A stretch of 63,958 nucleotides of DNA, filler included, from Octopus bimaculoides (lineage: Eukaryota): assembly GCF_001194135.2 (NCBI RefSeq). It is 4 parts of 4 records of this genome, joined end to end, with 100 filler letters (N's around TTAATTAATTAA, not from the genome) between each part and the next. Parts side by side here need not be neighbours in the genome. Positions count along the whole stretch, not along the records: positions 35,179 to 45,407 come from NC_068981.1; positions 45,508 to 63,958 come from NC_069004.1; 2 more parts are not named here. One strand, written 5' to 3'. Positions 37,733 to 49,890 of this stretch are shown here, in pieces (the stretch's first letter is position 1; each line of letters opens with the position of its first letter). Below the pieces are notes generated by a model. It saw only the letters and a list, made by a program, of their open reading frames with translations. It did no database searches and had not been told where the DNA came from. A program made the position numbers and the translations under genes.

Positions 37733-38189
37733 GCAGCAGCAGCAAAGAAATATTCTCTGGAATGATGTAACTTTAAACAGATGAAAAAATAAGTTTAAAA
37801 AAAACCCACTTCAGAGATGAAAAAATATGTCCAGTTATTGTTGGAACCCCAACATTTTCTTCATTTTGTTGTTGTAAATTTATTTCTGTAACAGTTGCTA
37901 TTTTCATCGTATTGTTGTTGTAGTTGTTTAGCCCAAGGTCAGCCCTGAGCTCATATAGACCTATGATCAAAGGTATTCTGGCCTTGACCATTCTATCTTT
38001 TCTTTTCATATACAATTCATCTCACAATATATTATTCAATGTGTCCTTCCTTTTCCAATTCGGTATTTGGGGAGGATGGCTTTTGTTGTAAATGAAGGCA
38101 TTATGATTTGAGAAAGATTTGGTTACCATTTCTTGCACATGGAGCAACCATGTAAAAGTACTTTCATTAACTTATATTCTTCCTCCTCT

Positions 38190-38530
38190 CCCTCTTCTTT
38201 TTTCATCCTCTTTACCTTCTTTTTCTGATTCCTTTGCTTCTTTTTTCTTCTTTTTATATTTCTGGTTCTTCCACTTCTTCCTCTCCTTCTTCCTCTTCTT
38301 CTCTTCCTACTCCTCCACCTTCTCCTTCTTCCACTTCTCTTTCTTCTTTTTCCACTGCTTTCTGTTCTTCCTCTTCTTTTTCTTCTTTTCTTCCTCCTCC
38401 ACCTTCTTCTTCCTCGTCTTTTTCTTCCTTTTCCATTGCTTTCTGCTTTTCCTCTTCTTTTTCTTCTTTTTCTATTGCTTTCTGTTCTTCCTCTTCTTTT
38501 TCTTTTCCTCTTTCTGATGCTTATTTTTCT
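38190..38530. repeat. (TTC/CTT)-rich low-complexity tract with internal duplications
   Basis: Read directly; it is the source of the R/E/K-rich pseudo-ORFs. Confidence 0.9.
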
Positions 38531-38554
38531 TCTTTGATATATCTTTTCTATTAT

Positions 38555-38757
38555 AGGCACAAGCCCTGGAGTTTTGGGGGAAGGGACTAGTCGATTGCAT
38601 CAAGTCCAGAATTTCACTGGTACTTAATTTATCAACCCCGAAAGGATGAAAGGCAAAGCCAACCTCAGCAAAATTTGAACTCAGAATGTAGCAACAGGCG
38701 AAATACCACTAAGCATTTCGTCCAGCATTCTAATGACTCTGCCAGCTCGCCACCTTT
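38555..38757 (-). mobile_element. SINE family A
   Basis: Family match. Confidence 0.85.
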
Positions 38758-38799
38758 TTCCTTCTTTGATATATAATATATTAACACAGAGACCTTTGG

Positions 38800-39222
38800 A
38801 AATGTGCTGTGCGTGAGAAGACCCGGCAAGCCAAGTGAGATCGTTGCCAGTGCCCCTGGACTGGCTCTTGTGCGGGTGGCACATAAGATGTACCATCCTG
38901 AGCGTGACCGTTGCCAGTACTGCCTGACTGACCTTGTAGGGTTTTCGAGCGAGATCGTTGCCAGTGCCCCTGGACTGGCTCTTGTGCGGGTGGCACATAA
39001 AAGACACCATTTCGAGCATGGCCGTTTTCGTGCGGGTGACACGTAAAAGCACCCACTACACTCTCTGAGTGGTTGGCATTAGGAAGGGCATCCAGCTGTA
39101 GAAACTCTGCCAAATTAGATTGGAGCCTGGTGTAGCCATCCGGTTGCACCAGTCCTCAGTCAAATCGTCCAACCCATGCTAGCATGGAAAGCGGACGTTA
39201 AACAATGATGATGATGATGATG
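38800..39222 (+). mobile_element. RTE LINE 3' end (YAVREKTRQAK*-like stop, duplicated 3' UTR module, (GAT)n tail)
   Basis: GAGATCGTTGCCAGTGCCCCTGGACTGGCTCTTGTGCGGGTGGCACATAA occurs twice, followed by the conserved GGAAGGGCATCCAGCTGTAGAAAC terminus. Confidence 0.85.
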
Positions 39223-39443
39223 ATATATATGTATGTATGTATGTATGTATGCATATATGTATGTATATATGTATGTATGTATGAATGTATGTATACATAT
39301 ATATGTCTGTCTTTGTGTATATATGTATGCAGACAAATGTGTGTAAATATTTATCTCCCATACTTGCCACCTTGACTGAAGAGATGAAGAGGTTGAATAT
39401 ATGTATAGTTATATCATCATCAGATGATGATGAAGATGAGGCA

Positions 39444-39477
<34 letters not shown>

Positions 39478-40415
39478 CACCATCATCATCATCATTGTCA
39501 TCATTTAACATCTGCTCTCCATGCTGGCATGGGTTAGATGGTTTGACTGGAGCTGATGAGCCAGAGAGCTGCACCAGACTCCAGTCTGATTTGGCATGGT
39601 TTCTACAGCTGGATGCCCTTCCTAATGCCAACCACTCCAAAAGTGTAATGGGTGCTTTTATATGACACTGGTAATGATTCACAGGTGGGTGCCATGTAAA
39701 TGGCACCAGCAGCAATCCCATTGATTCATGGGTGCCAGTTACATGGAACTAGCAATGCCTACGACCAACAACCATGATTCCTGAGGTGCCAATTTACATG
39801 GTACCATCGATGACCACAACTACAATGCACAGGTGTCATTTACATGGCACTAGCATTGACCACAATGATTCACAGGTATCATTTACATGGTACCCTCGAC
39901 AACTACGACTATGAAGCATGGGTGTCATTTACATGGAACTGTCAGTGAACAACCACAACTACAATTCACAGGTGCAATTTACGTGACACCGGCAACAACC
40001 ATGACACACAGGTACCATGTGCCACTTACATGGTACCTTCAATGATCACAACTACAATGCACAGGTGTCACATGCATGACACCAGCAATGAACAGCCATG
40101 ACTACGATTCACAGGTACAATTTATGTGGCACTGGCAATGAGCATGATGCATGAGTGCCATTTACATGACACTGGCATGGTTACAACTATGATTTCATTT
40201 GGCCTGATTATTCTTCTCCCGCACAGCATAACACCAGAGTTCTTGGTCATTTGTCATCACCTCCATAAGTCCCAAAGTCTGAAGATCATGCTGCACCACC
40301 TTATCTCATGTCTTCCTAGGTCTACCTCTACCACAGGTTCCCTCCACATTTAGAGATTGGTACTTCTTTACACAGCTGTCTTCATCCATATGCATCACAT
40401 GACTATACCAATACA
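39478..40415 (-). mobile_element. RTE LINE 3' fragment with an expanded hairpin minisatellite in the 3' UTR
   Basis: WYSHVMHMDEDSCVKKYQSLNVEGTCGRGRPRKT*DKVVQHDLQTLGL...YAVREKNNQAK* at about 40198-40390, then the array at 39650-40195 and an (ATC)n tail. Confidence 0.88.
39650..40195. repeat. About 12 units (40-55 bp) built on the palindrome GTGCCAT-TTAC-ATGGCAC
   Basis: Units start at about 39651, 39689, 39731, 39785, 39832, 39875, 39921, 39971, 40011, 40064, 40114 and 40154. Confidence 0.9.
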
Positions 40416-40764
40416 CCACAAACACCCATATTTAGGTAGCTTTAAACACTACTTGTCAGTATGAATACTGTTTCACATCTTTTATAGAGATTTCCTTGAC
40501 TAGCAAGTTTGCTTGTTGCAAAATCAGTAATTGTGAGTCACTTATTTTTCTATATATTGTAAGCTGGAGTGAACAACTGCTATGTCAAGCAGATGAGTAT
40601 GACCAAAAGAAGGTCAAAATTGTATGGTCTGATGGTCTTGGGGCTAAAATAGCAGGGAGTTCTCACTCTGCTTGCAATATATATTGAGTCCAGAGTGCAA
40701 TGCATAACCAGGTAGAGGAGGTGTCCTCCTGGGGTTGAAATTGCAGTATCTACTTTTCCACACT

Positions 40765-41800
40765 TGTGTGAGTCATAAAGGATGCTTGAGTGTTCTGAAG
40801 AGGAGATAGTCAGAAGTGGAGAGATCTGGACTGTCTGCAGGATGTTCCAGCAACTTGAAACCCGAGTTTTCAATGGTTTCAACCCTGTGGGTGGCTAAAT
40901 GTGGGAATGCATTGTTGTGTAACAGTAACACTTGTTTTGGCAATAGATTTCAGCATTTGGTACGAATTGTTGGTTCAGTTTGTTGGTTAGCATTTAACTG
41001 TATCCTACACTGGTTATTGTTGACCACTTTTCCAGGTAATGTTCCAATATAGGCCCTTTTGTGTCCCAAAAAATATTAGCATCACTTTTTCTGTGCAAGT
41101 TTGAGTCTTGAATTTCGTTTTTGCTAACGATTTTGGACATTTCTACCCCATACTCTGCCTTTTGAATTCTGGATCAAAGCAATGGACCCAGGTCTCAGCT
41201 CCTCTGATTATTCTCGCCAAAAAAACTTCACCATCATCATTGTTGTGGCCAAGTAAGTGTTGACAGATCCACACACAATTGTACTTATGTACTTTGATAA
41301 GTTCTTTTGGCAACCATCTTTTCACAGGCTTTACAGAAGCAAAGCTTGTCATGAATGATTTCATATGCAAAATTATGTCTAATTTACAGAGAATATGCCA
41401 CCTCATCGATGGTTACTCGTTGGTTCACCATAACCACCTCTTGAGGCTAATGGGCATCCTGCTCCCTCTTTATGCTTCACACTTGTCTGGCCATTTTTAA
41501 ACGTCTTGATTCACTCATACACACTTCTATGCAGTAGAGTACTATCCCCATATTGTATTGAAGACCTGTGATAAATTTTAACCCTTGACACACCTTCAGA
41601 CTAGAGAAATCAGATCATTGATTTCTTTTATTCTTTGGTGTATACTGTTAACAGAGCAGACATGTTTACTATGTAACACAAGAAAGAAAACTGGAATGAT
41701 CAAGGTCAAACCTTGACTACATAGCGTAATAATGCTAAAAACAGTGTAGTGAAAGAAAGTTTTGGCAAAAGTGTGGGTGATTTTTAGACTTCCCCTCATA
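40765..41800 (-). mobile_element. Mariner transposon, decayed and 3'-truncated
   Basis: KRWLPKEL...FLARIIRGAETWVHCFDPEFKRQSM...KVML...VLLLHNNAFPH...LLEHPADSPDLSTSDYLLFRTLK. The 5' terminus is TA|TGAGGGGAAGTCTAAAAAT. Confidence 0.9.
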
Positions 41801-41820
41801 TATATATATATATATACGCG

Positions 41821-41876
<56 letters not shown>

Positions 41877-41991
41877 AAAAACAAGTTAAGTCAAGACTTA
41901 CAGATTACAATTCTTTTTTTTTTTAAATTCAATTTATTTTAATTCAACTACCTTATAATAGACCTCCTATTTTCTATTTTAATTTCTTTAG

Positions 41992-42029
41992 ATTCTGAGA
42001 TGAAGGAATACAGGAAGCATCTAGATTGA
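41992..42029 (+). CDS. Possible phase-1 terminal exon (xSEMKEYRKHLD*)
   Basis: Strong acceptor TTTTCTATTTTAATTTCTTTAG|. It joins in phase to exon 35985-36065, giving ...TNSLYSEMKEYRKHLD*. Confidence 0.25.
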
Positions 42030-42704
42030 GATATTGAAAACGAAATGTTGCTATAATAATCAAGTGCAGAGCAGCAAATTTGTAAATTATACCAGCTGCT
42101 AACTGCCTACTAAATGCACATGACTGACCTGTTGCTGTTCCTCTGATAAGAAAAACATATGTTGTAAAGCATTATTTCCAACTAGATCGCTGCAGTCAGT
42201 ACCCAGGATGTCATAAGATTATCAGAGTTATAACACTAACTGATAATAGACTTGGACTATTGATAAAATGAAGATAATCTTATAAAAAAGTTTTGAAAAA
42301 AACAGCAATTAACTAAGAGTAACACAGACTGTTATTTCAGGGTGCTATCTGTTAGGAAAGAAAAGTTGAAAAAAGAATATTTAAAGCCATAGTTGGAAGA
42401 GAATAATACTACTTCTGTTTTATTGAAAGATGTTTAAGTTCATAAGCAATATTTCTGTTTTACTGAAAGGTTTTTAAGTTCATAAGCAACAAAATCCAGT
42501 CACAGAAACCTTACCAAAGCAAACGTTAGAGCACAACACAATCTCCTGATTCATCAAATCCTGTTGAACCAACTAACCTATGTCAGCATGGATGACAGCT
42601 GTTAGATGTTGAGGATGATGATGATGATGATGACGATATATAATGATGCTGTAGACACAGTATGGCCAAATAGTTAAGAATTTTGTTTTGCAACACAGCT
42701 GTGT

Positions 42705-43420
42705 GAAGAATGCGCATGGTTGAGGACAGTTGTGTGAAGAAATGTCACATCCTTGCAGGGAAGGGAACCCGTGGAAGAAGTAGACCCACGAAGACATGGG
42801 ATGAGGTGGTGAAGCATGACCTTTGAACATTGGGCCTCACAGGGGCAATGACAAGTGACCAAGCCCTTTAGAGATATGCTGTGCTTGAGAAGATCCAGCA
42901 AGCCAAGTGAGATCATAGCCATGGCTGATGCCAGTGTTGCATAACTGGCCGGTTTAAAAGTACCCTTCAATTGTCAGGCAATATGCTGTACATGAGAAGA
43001 CCTGTTGAGCCAAGTAAAATCATAATCATGGCCGATGCCAGTGTTGCCTGACTAGCACCTGTGCCGGTGGCACGTAAAAACATCATTCAAGCGTGTTCAA
43101 TGCCAGTACCACCTGACTGGCTCCCGTGTCAGTGGCATGTAGAAAGCACTATTTGAGCGTGGTCAATGCCAGTGCTGCATGACTGGCCCCCATGCTGGTG
43201 GCACATAAAAAGCACCCACTACACTCTCAGAGCAGTTGGAGTTAGGAAGGGCATCCAGCTGTAGAAACCTTGCCAGATCAGACTGGAGCCTGGTGTAACC
43301 TCCTGGCTCAGTCAAACCATCCTCAGCCAAACTCAAACCAGTCCTCAGTCAAACCGTCCAACCCATGCCAGCATGGAAAGCAGACGCTAAACAATGATGA
43401 TGATGATGATGATGATGATG
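42705..43420 (+). mobile_element. RTE LINE 3' fragment with a hairpin-repeat 3' UTR
   Basis: EDSCVKKCHILAGKGTRGRSRPTKTWDEVVKHDL*TLGL...YAVLEKIQQAK*, then repeated GCCAGT...GACTGGC...TGGCAC.TA(A/G)AAAGCAC units and a (GAT)n tail. Confidence 0.88.
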
Positions 43421-43659
43421 AAGGTCCCAGATTCAATCCAACTGCGTGGCATCTTAGGCAAACGTCATTTTCTATAATTTTGGGTTGATCCATATACTGC
43501 AAGTGAAACTGGGTGAACAGAAACTGTAGAAATCCATCAGATGGACTGTACATTTAATTCAAAGATGCAGCCTTCTCACACACTGTGTCATGTCAATTCT
43601 GCCTAAGAGTTACAGTAAAGCACCAAGAAATTTGATAAAGGTTAAATTATAATAATACT

Positions 43660-43900
43660 ATCATCATCAGCAGCAGCAGCATTTAGCATCCATTTTTCAT
43701 GCTGGCATTAGTTGAACAGCTTGACAGGAACTAGCAGGGCCAGAGGTCACACCAGGTGCCATTGTTTGTTGTTTTGGCTTGGTTTCTACAGCTGGATGCC
43801 CTTCCTAATACCAGCCACTCTACAGAGTGTACTGGGAACTCTTTACATGGCACCAGCACACACACCAATGCTTTTTACATGGCACCATGATTTTAGGATC
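43660..43900 (-). mobile_element. RTE LINE extreme 3' end
   Basis: GGTTTCTACAGCTGGATGCCCTTCCTAAT motif. Confidence 0.75.
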
Positions 43901-44433
43901 TCAATTTTGCCATGGTGGATATGCTGGCAAAAGTATACTTCCAAAGTTACCTGTCACATGGGCAACACTCTAGTCATCCATGTAATGATGCTAATGTATG
44001 TATATCTACATATACATAGCCAAAACTATTAAGGTCTTTAAAATGCTAATTTTTAATATATCTTAATAATGAGGTTGCTTTTATTGTTCATTTTGAACTC
44101 CATCTTTGCTCAAAGTTATAGCGGTTGTCATTGGCTGTTCAAGTGGGTGTTACTAAATGGAAAAACAGTTAGTATGAATCACCATAAAACATTTTTGTGT
44201 ATAAATATATTGTTTATTCTGTGTTCACCATTTGTGGTGGGAGCAGATAGTATGATACAAAAACATGTGTGTTTATATACAAAGAAAGTTTTGATTTTTG
44301 CTTTTGCACTGAAAGAAGTAACGTATAATATTTGTATTACAGTATGTATGCATGTGTGTAATGAGAACAGTCATTTTGATAATGTGTGTGTAATAGAATA
44401 TCTTCATTTATGAACCATATATCTTGTTTCAAG

Positions 44434-44601
44434 GTGAATAGACATGTGAGTCACATGTGGGAGATTGTGGGTAGAGCTACAGAGAAGACATGTGTCTTTG
44501 ACCGAAAGCTGGCAGGAACTGAGAACTTCTACTGTGTAGCTCAGAATGAGGCTACTGTCTCAGAACGAGGCTACTGTATCAAAGCGTGGCTAGTGTATTA
44601 A
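44434..44601 (+). pseudogene. Fibronectin type III-like exon relic
   Basis: After a TCTTGTTTCAAG acceptor: VNRHVSHMWEIVGRATEKTCVFDRKLAGTENFYCVAQNEATVSE, similar to titin/twitchin FN3 (W..VG...T.....L..GTEY.FRV.AQNEAG.SE). It is interrupted by a 19-bp tandem duplication (44540-44577). Confidence 0.4.
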
Positions 44602-45335
44602 AGTGAGGCTAGACACCTCATCGATATATTCATCTGCTGTGCAGGTCAACACATATTACTATGTAATGTGTAACTCTGCTACAAAATCCACAGCTCACTC
44701 TCTACAGCTTTCATTCACAGTGGTTAACTCATCATACAATGAAGTGTGGGAGCAATAATAGACACTGCTTGTAGTTTACATATATGACAATACCTGACCC
44801 AATTTCTTACACACATAACAGCCTGTGATGTTTAATTCACAGCCCCAAATTACACATCACTGCTTATATGATCTTTTGACTCCCACATATGCACACCCAT
44901 TCAGACCTAACATGCTGAGCCTAACAAACATGTTTCCCTCTCACTAGCTTCTCTTGACGCTCTTGAAAAGGACTATTTCACCTGAAATATGAAAACTAAT
45001 TAGATATTTCAAAACTAATGTTTCAATATCTTTATTATTACTATTATTGATATTTGATGTTCCAACTGCACTGCCATTGCCATAGCCTTCTATATACACT
45101 ATTTTCTATATATACCACAATACTTCAGACTACAACAATATATATATATGTATGTATTTAAAATCTACAATTAAGAGCCCTATCTACTCGCTGTCGGTAC
45201 CTACCCACCCCTACCCATTTTCCTTTATTCAAAAATTCTTATCGCTCCTTAAAATTATGGCTTTTAAGTGTTGATTTCTCAGCCCAAGAATTACAGCGTG
45301 ATGTGCTGCTTGACTGGTCCCCCCTCTCTCTCTCT

Positions 45336-45375
<40 letters not shown>

Positions 45376-45725
45376 ATGATGATCTGTCTACCCCTCCATC
45401 CTCTCTCNNNNNNNNNNNNNNNNNNNNNNNNNNNNNNNNNNNNNNNNNNNNTTAATTAATTAANNNNNNNNNNNNNNNNNNNNNNNNNNNNNNNNNNNNN
45501 NNNNNNNCTCTCCTCCTGTCAGTCTGCCTCGTCTTCTGTCTCCAGTTTCATAATCTCACACATTACTGTTCCACCCTCTCCTCACTCATTCTCATTGCTA
45601 TCTTTATCCTCTCCCTCCCTCCACTCACTACAGTCCCAAACTCCCCTCCCCTTGCTACTCAACGCTACCTCACCTTCATTACTCTCACGTAAGTCAGTCG
45701 AGTAGCCCTTCTCTAGAAGCAGTTT

Positions 45726-45756
<31 letters not shown>

Positions 45757-47930
45757 CGCGTGTGGTGGTAGCTGTACCGTCCCAGATACACCTTTGTGGG
45801 ATGTTTCACCTGTGGAAATCGGCCACTGTTTGGGAATAAAATATTTTCCAGATCTGAAGAGAAAGACCAATCTTTGAGACTCAAAGCTCCAAGTTATACT
45901 GAACATGTACATTGGTCATGATTAACCCTCACAAATAGTGAGTTCATTCCAGTTGCCAGTCATAATACATCTACTATATGTACGAAGCTGTAACGTGTTC
46001 AAATCGCAGGTGAAAATAAACGAAATTATGAGATAATCTATGTAAATCTCCCTAATTTTGTGATTTTTTTATATTTCCCCATTAGTGCAATTGTTATGTC
46101 TGTTGTTGCTGTTGTATGACCTTAAATCAGTTAATCAGAGTATAATTGAAGATATCCCAATCATAACCATGCTGCATGTAGGCAACGGACAATCTTTCAG
46201 TATTAGTAGATGATGTCATTCAGTCAAACAACGTTCCCTAATGACGTAGAACGTTCCCTAATGACGTTGATATAAAGGCTAGGCTAAAGACTGTGTACTA
46301 ATGGTGAAAGATTGCCGTAAGCGCTGTGCATATGTTTATGTGCATCGTTGTGTGTGTGTGTGTGTGCAAGTATGTATATGCGTCTTGCACGTGTGTATGT
46401 GCATCATGTGTGTGTGTGTGTGTGTGTGAAGGAAAAATGTGAACTGAATAGAAAACAACTGTGACACTTTGACATTCGTAACATTTTAAGTGAGGGGAAA
46501 GGGGGGAGAATATCAGATAACTGAGGGGGGGGAAGCAGACAAAAAAAAGGCTGTTGCGATTGGCCATTTGTAGTNNNNNNNNNNNNNNNNNNNNNNNNNN
46601 NNNNNNNNNNNNNNNNNNNNNNNNNNNNNNNNNNNNNNNNNNNNNNNNNNNNNNNNNNNNNNNNNNNNNNNNNNNNNNNNNNNNNNNNNNNNNNNNNNNN
46701 NNNNNNNNNNNNNNNNNNNNNNNNNNNNNNNNNNNNNNNNNNNNNNNNNNNNNNNNNNNNNNNNNNNNNNNNNNNNNNNNNNNNNNNNNNNNNNNNNNNN
46801 NNNNNNNNNNNNNNNNNNNNNNNNNNNNNNNNNNNNNNNNNNNNNNNNNNNNNNNNNNNNNNNNNNNNNNNNNNNNNNNNNNNNNNNNNNNNNNNNNNNN
46901 NNNNNNNNNNNNNNNNNNNNNNNNNNNNNNNNNNNNNNNNNNNNNNNNNNNNNNNNNNNNNNNNNNNNNNNNNNNNNNNNNNNNNNNNNNNNNNNNNNNN
47001 NNNNNNNNNNNNNNNNNNNNNNNNNNNNNNNNNNNNNNNNNNNNNNNNNNNNNNNNNNNNNNNNNNNNNNNNNNNNNNNNNNNNNNNNNNNNNNNNNNNN
47101 NNNNNNNNNNNNNNNNNNNNNNNNNNNNNNNNNNNNNNNNNNNNNNNNNNNNNNNNNNNNNNNNNNNNNNNNNNNNNNNNNNNNNNNNNNNNNNNNNNNN
47201 NNNNNNNNNNNNNNNNNNNNNNNNNNNNNNNNNNNNNNNNNNNNNNNNNNNNNNNNNNNNNNNNNNNNNNNNNNNNNNNNNNNNNNNNNNNNNNNNNNNN
47301 NNNNNNNNNNNNNNNNNNNNNNNNNNNNNNNNNNNNNNNNNGTTGGCGGTGTTGTGTATAATGGTAGTAAAGGTGGTGGTGTTGTCTATTGTGGTGGCGG
47401 TGGTGATGTCTGCGATTGCTGAAGATGATAAATGATTTTGTTTTGAAACCTGTGACATTTATCAGTCGCCGACTGTTTCTGGACGCGGTATGGATTGCGC
47501 GTGGATGCGTGTCCGCGTCTGCTTGTCCGTATGTGCATGTGGTGGCTTGCGTGTTGAGCCTCCGTCGGCCAATATCTAGAGTCTCAGAAAACATATGTAC
47601 ACGTGTCTGCGTACATGTGCGCATGTCTATGTAGAAATGGCGTGTATATGTTCGAGTCTATGCACAACTGTACATCTGTGCGTTTATCCGCTCGTAAATG
47701 TGAGTGTGTGCCGCTGTGTGTGTGAGTAAGAGTGTATTTGTGTATGTGTGCTTTAGGGATTAAGCTATCGGTACAGCTGCAGCGAGTACATATCTATACA
47801 CAAAATATATACTACGTATGTGTGTATGTATATAAACAGCTGCACACATCTTTTTTTTATACATACACAGTTGTTTCCAAACAAATAATGCAGGAATGCG
47901 CAAGCGGATTTGCGTATATATATATATACA

Positions 47931-48105
47931 GCGAGCTAATGAAGGGGCTAGAAATAGCAGCCAAATCATCTACAAAATCACATTCTCTGTGTTGTCTGCC
48001 CGAAAAGGAAAGACAGGCATGGTTAAAGTTCCTGATGGAATTAATAGAGGTATCCTGGACCAAGATTGAGAAGAAATTCATCGTCTGTTCACATATCTAC
48101 CGGAA
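47931..48105 (+). mobile_element. Possible THAP-domain remnant
   Basis: LCCLPEKERQAWLKFL...SWTKIEKKFIVCSHIY resembles the THAP pattern FP...R..W......K...VCS.HF; the N-terminal C-x-x-x-x-C is not seen. Confidence 0.25.
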
Positions 48106-48391
48106 GAGGGGGTGGTGGCAATTATTCCCCTTTGTTACGCCTCGGCATTAAAAACTAAAACCACGGAAGTAATTTCAGTCTCTCTCCTAACATGGCTTCA
48201 TTCCATTTTATTCAGTTACTATTGTTGATACCCAATACGTGTAAACTGGAATATTAGCAATATAACTCAAACAAAATAAATGAGGGGTGGGGAGGTTCTG
48301 TATACTGAATACAAACACGATTGTATCTTACATCTGCATCAAACTTCGGTAAACTAATACTATCTATACCATTAATACACGATAACTGAGG

Positions 48392-48423
<32 letters not shown>

Positions 48424-49614
48424 ATGTGGTGATACGATTTTCAACAATGAGTGTCAAAGAATACTCTAGCAGCGTGCTCATTATACCGAATGCCCATATG
48501 ACTGACTCTCAGAGTGAGTTAAACTTGAGATAACTATAAAAGTTTTCCCCTCCCCGACTATATTTATCCAAATTTTCCTTCAAATTACGTCTTTCAAAGA
48601 AATTTTTCAAGGATACTTTCCCGACGTGGATTCCGATTAAACTTTGTTGACATAAGATAATCGTATTCTACACCCTCAAGAAACGTATTTAATGAAAAAT
48701 TCCCTAAATGATATGCATTTTAAAAGAAGATATAAACAAATTCGGCGTGTGTCCCCGACTGTTCCCAAGAAATTCCTGTCAAATTATATTTATATAATCG
48801 TAATCTACAACCTCGTAATCCTATACATCTCATTAAAAAATATGCATTTTTTAGAGTTAAAAAGAAACGGAGTCAGCAGGAACAGACGACTTCTGTAGAA
48901 ATTAGTTTTATTGTTATAAAAGTCGATTTACATTATCAGAAACTGATAATTTACATTGATGTTACTAATAGAGTATCTAGATATTTTTGGTGTTTAACAA
49001 TCAATATTTTTTCTCTGTTGGATTGCAAGTCAATTTTTTCCCTTTACACTGTCTAATTTTTAAATTCTAAAATATGCCTAAACTGGGAGAAAATGACTAT
49101 TGACTAATTTCAATAATTTCTTCTCTTTAACTGCATGATGCGTAAATATATCAGGAACAGAGCCACTCCAGCCGCTCATGAAGAAGCTATAGAGAATATT
49201 TTAAGTTAAATTTTTAGATTTAGTTGAGTGTCGTTAATTTCAGTATCATGTGCCATTTGTCCATGATCGTCTATCATTTTGACTTAAATGGTTTAAACGT
49301 TTGCTGCATTTCTTATCTTTCTGATGTCTAAGGATAGATAATAATGTGTATGAGTCTGTTTTCTGGAGAACTGAAGCGGCAAATTTACATTATCTTACTC
49401 ATTTTGCCCCAGCCAAATTTGTCTTTTATATGCTCAAAGGGAACGGCGATAATGTTCTGAAACAGTATTCTGAATATGTTATAGTGTTTTTAATGCATTT
49501 AGAGAAGCAAATGCTTTGCTGATATAGTTTTTGTAAGGTAGTGAACATTCGTACAAAACATTTTGAGGTACTTCTTAAATATAGAGGTCCCGACGTATCT
49601 AAAGGGAAGGTGAT

Positions 49615-49890
49615 CTACTTTTACCAAATCTACTGTGACTTCACATAAGCGGCTCTTGTGCAAGTCGAAACTAAAAATTAACCCTAACCAACCCTATCCT
49701 TAACTGGCGGAGGCAAAGAATACGTACACCACCCGTTTTCTCCGTAACCCTAACGAGTGTGTACTTTAAAAATATCAGATTAAAAACAGACGATATTGTG
49801 GGGGAAAAGTTCAGAGTAAAAACAGACGATAATACATCATTTAACAGTAGTTTTGGTAAAACTACTTTACAATTAAGTAGAGCCATTTTT
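49615..49890. mobile_element. Small MITE or Helentron-like element
   Basis: 22-bp imperfect IR (49615-49636 and 49844-49865), a 9-bp hairpin AGTAGTTTT-GGT-AAAACTACT (49846-49866), internal TAACCCT units, a 15-bp direct repeat, and an ending at a T-run. Confidence 0.35.

Noticed and set aside
38119-38590. Protamine-like R-rich ORF (38123-38560) and E/K-rich ORF
   Set aside because: Translation of a (TTC)n low-complexity tract adjoining a SINE, open in several frames.
39650-40195. CRISPR array
   Set aside because: The spacers are related to each other, the repeats vary, it sits inside an RTE 3' UTR, and there are no cas genes in this eukaryotic context.
45846-45890. CTGAAGA-GAAAG...CTTT-GAGAC as an HHR
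   Set aside because: GAAA is mutated and there is no stem I or cleavage triplet; at most a PLE-terminus relic.
46230-46267. 20-bp tandem duplication AACGTTCCCTAATGACGT
   Set aside because: A simple two-unit slippage with no further structure.
49675-49755. Interstitial telomere
   Set aside because: Only 2-3 imperfect TAACCCT units, inside a small repeat element.
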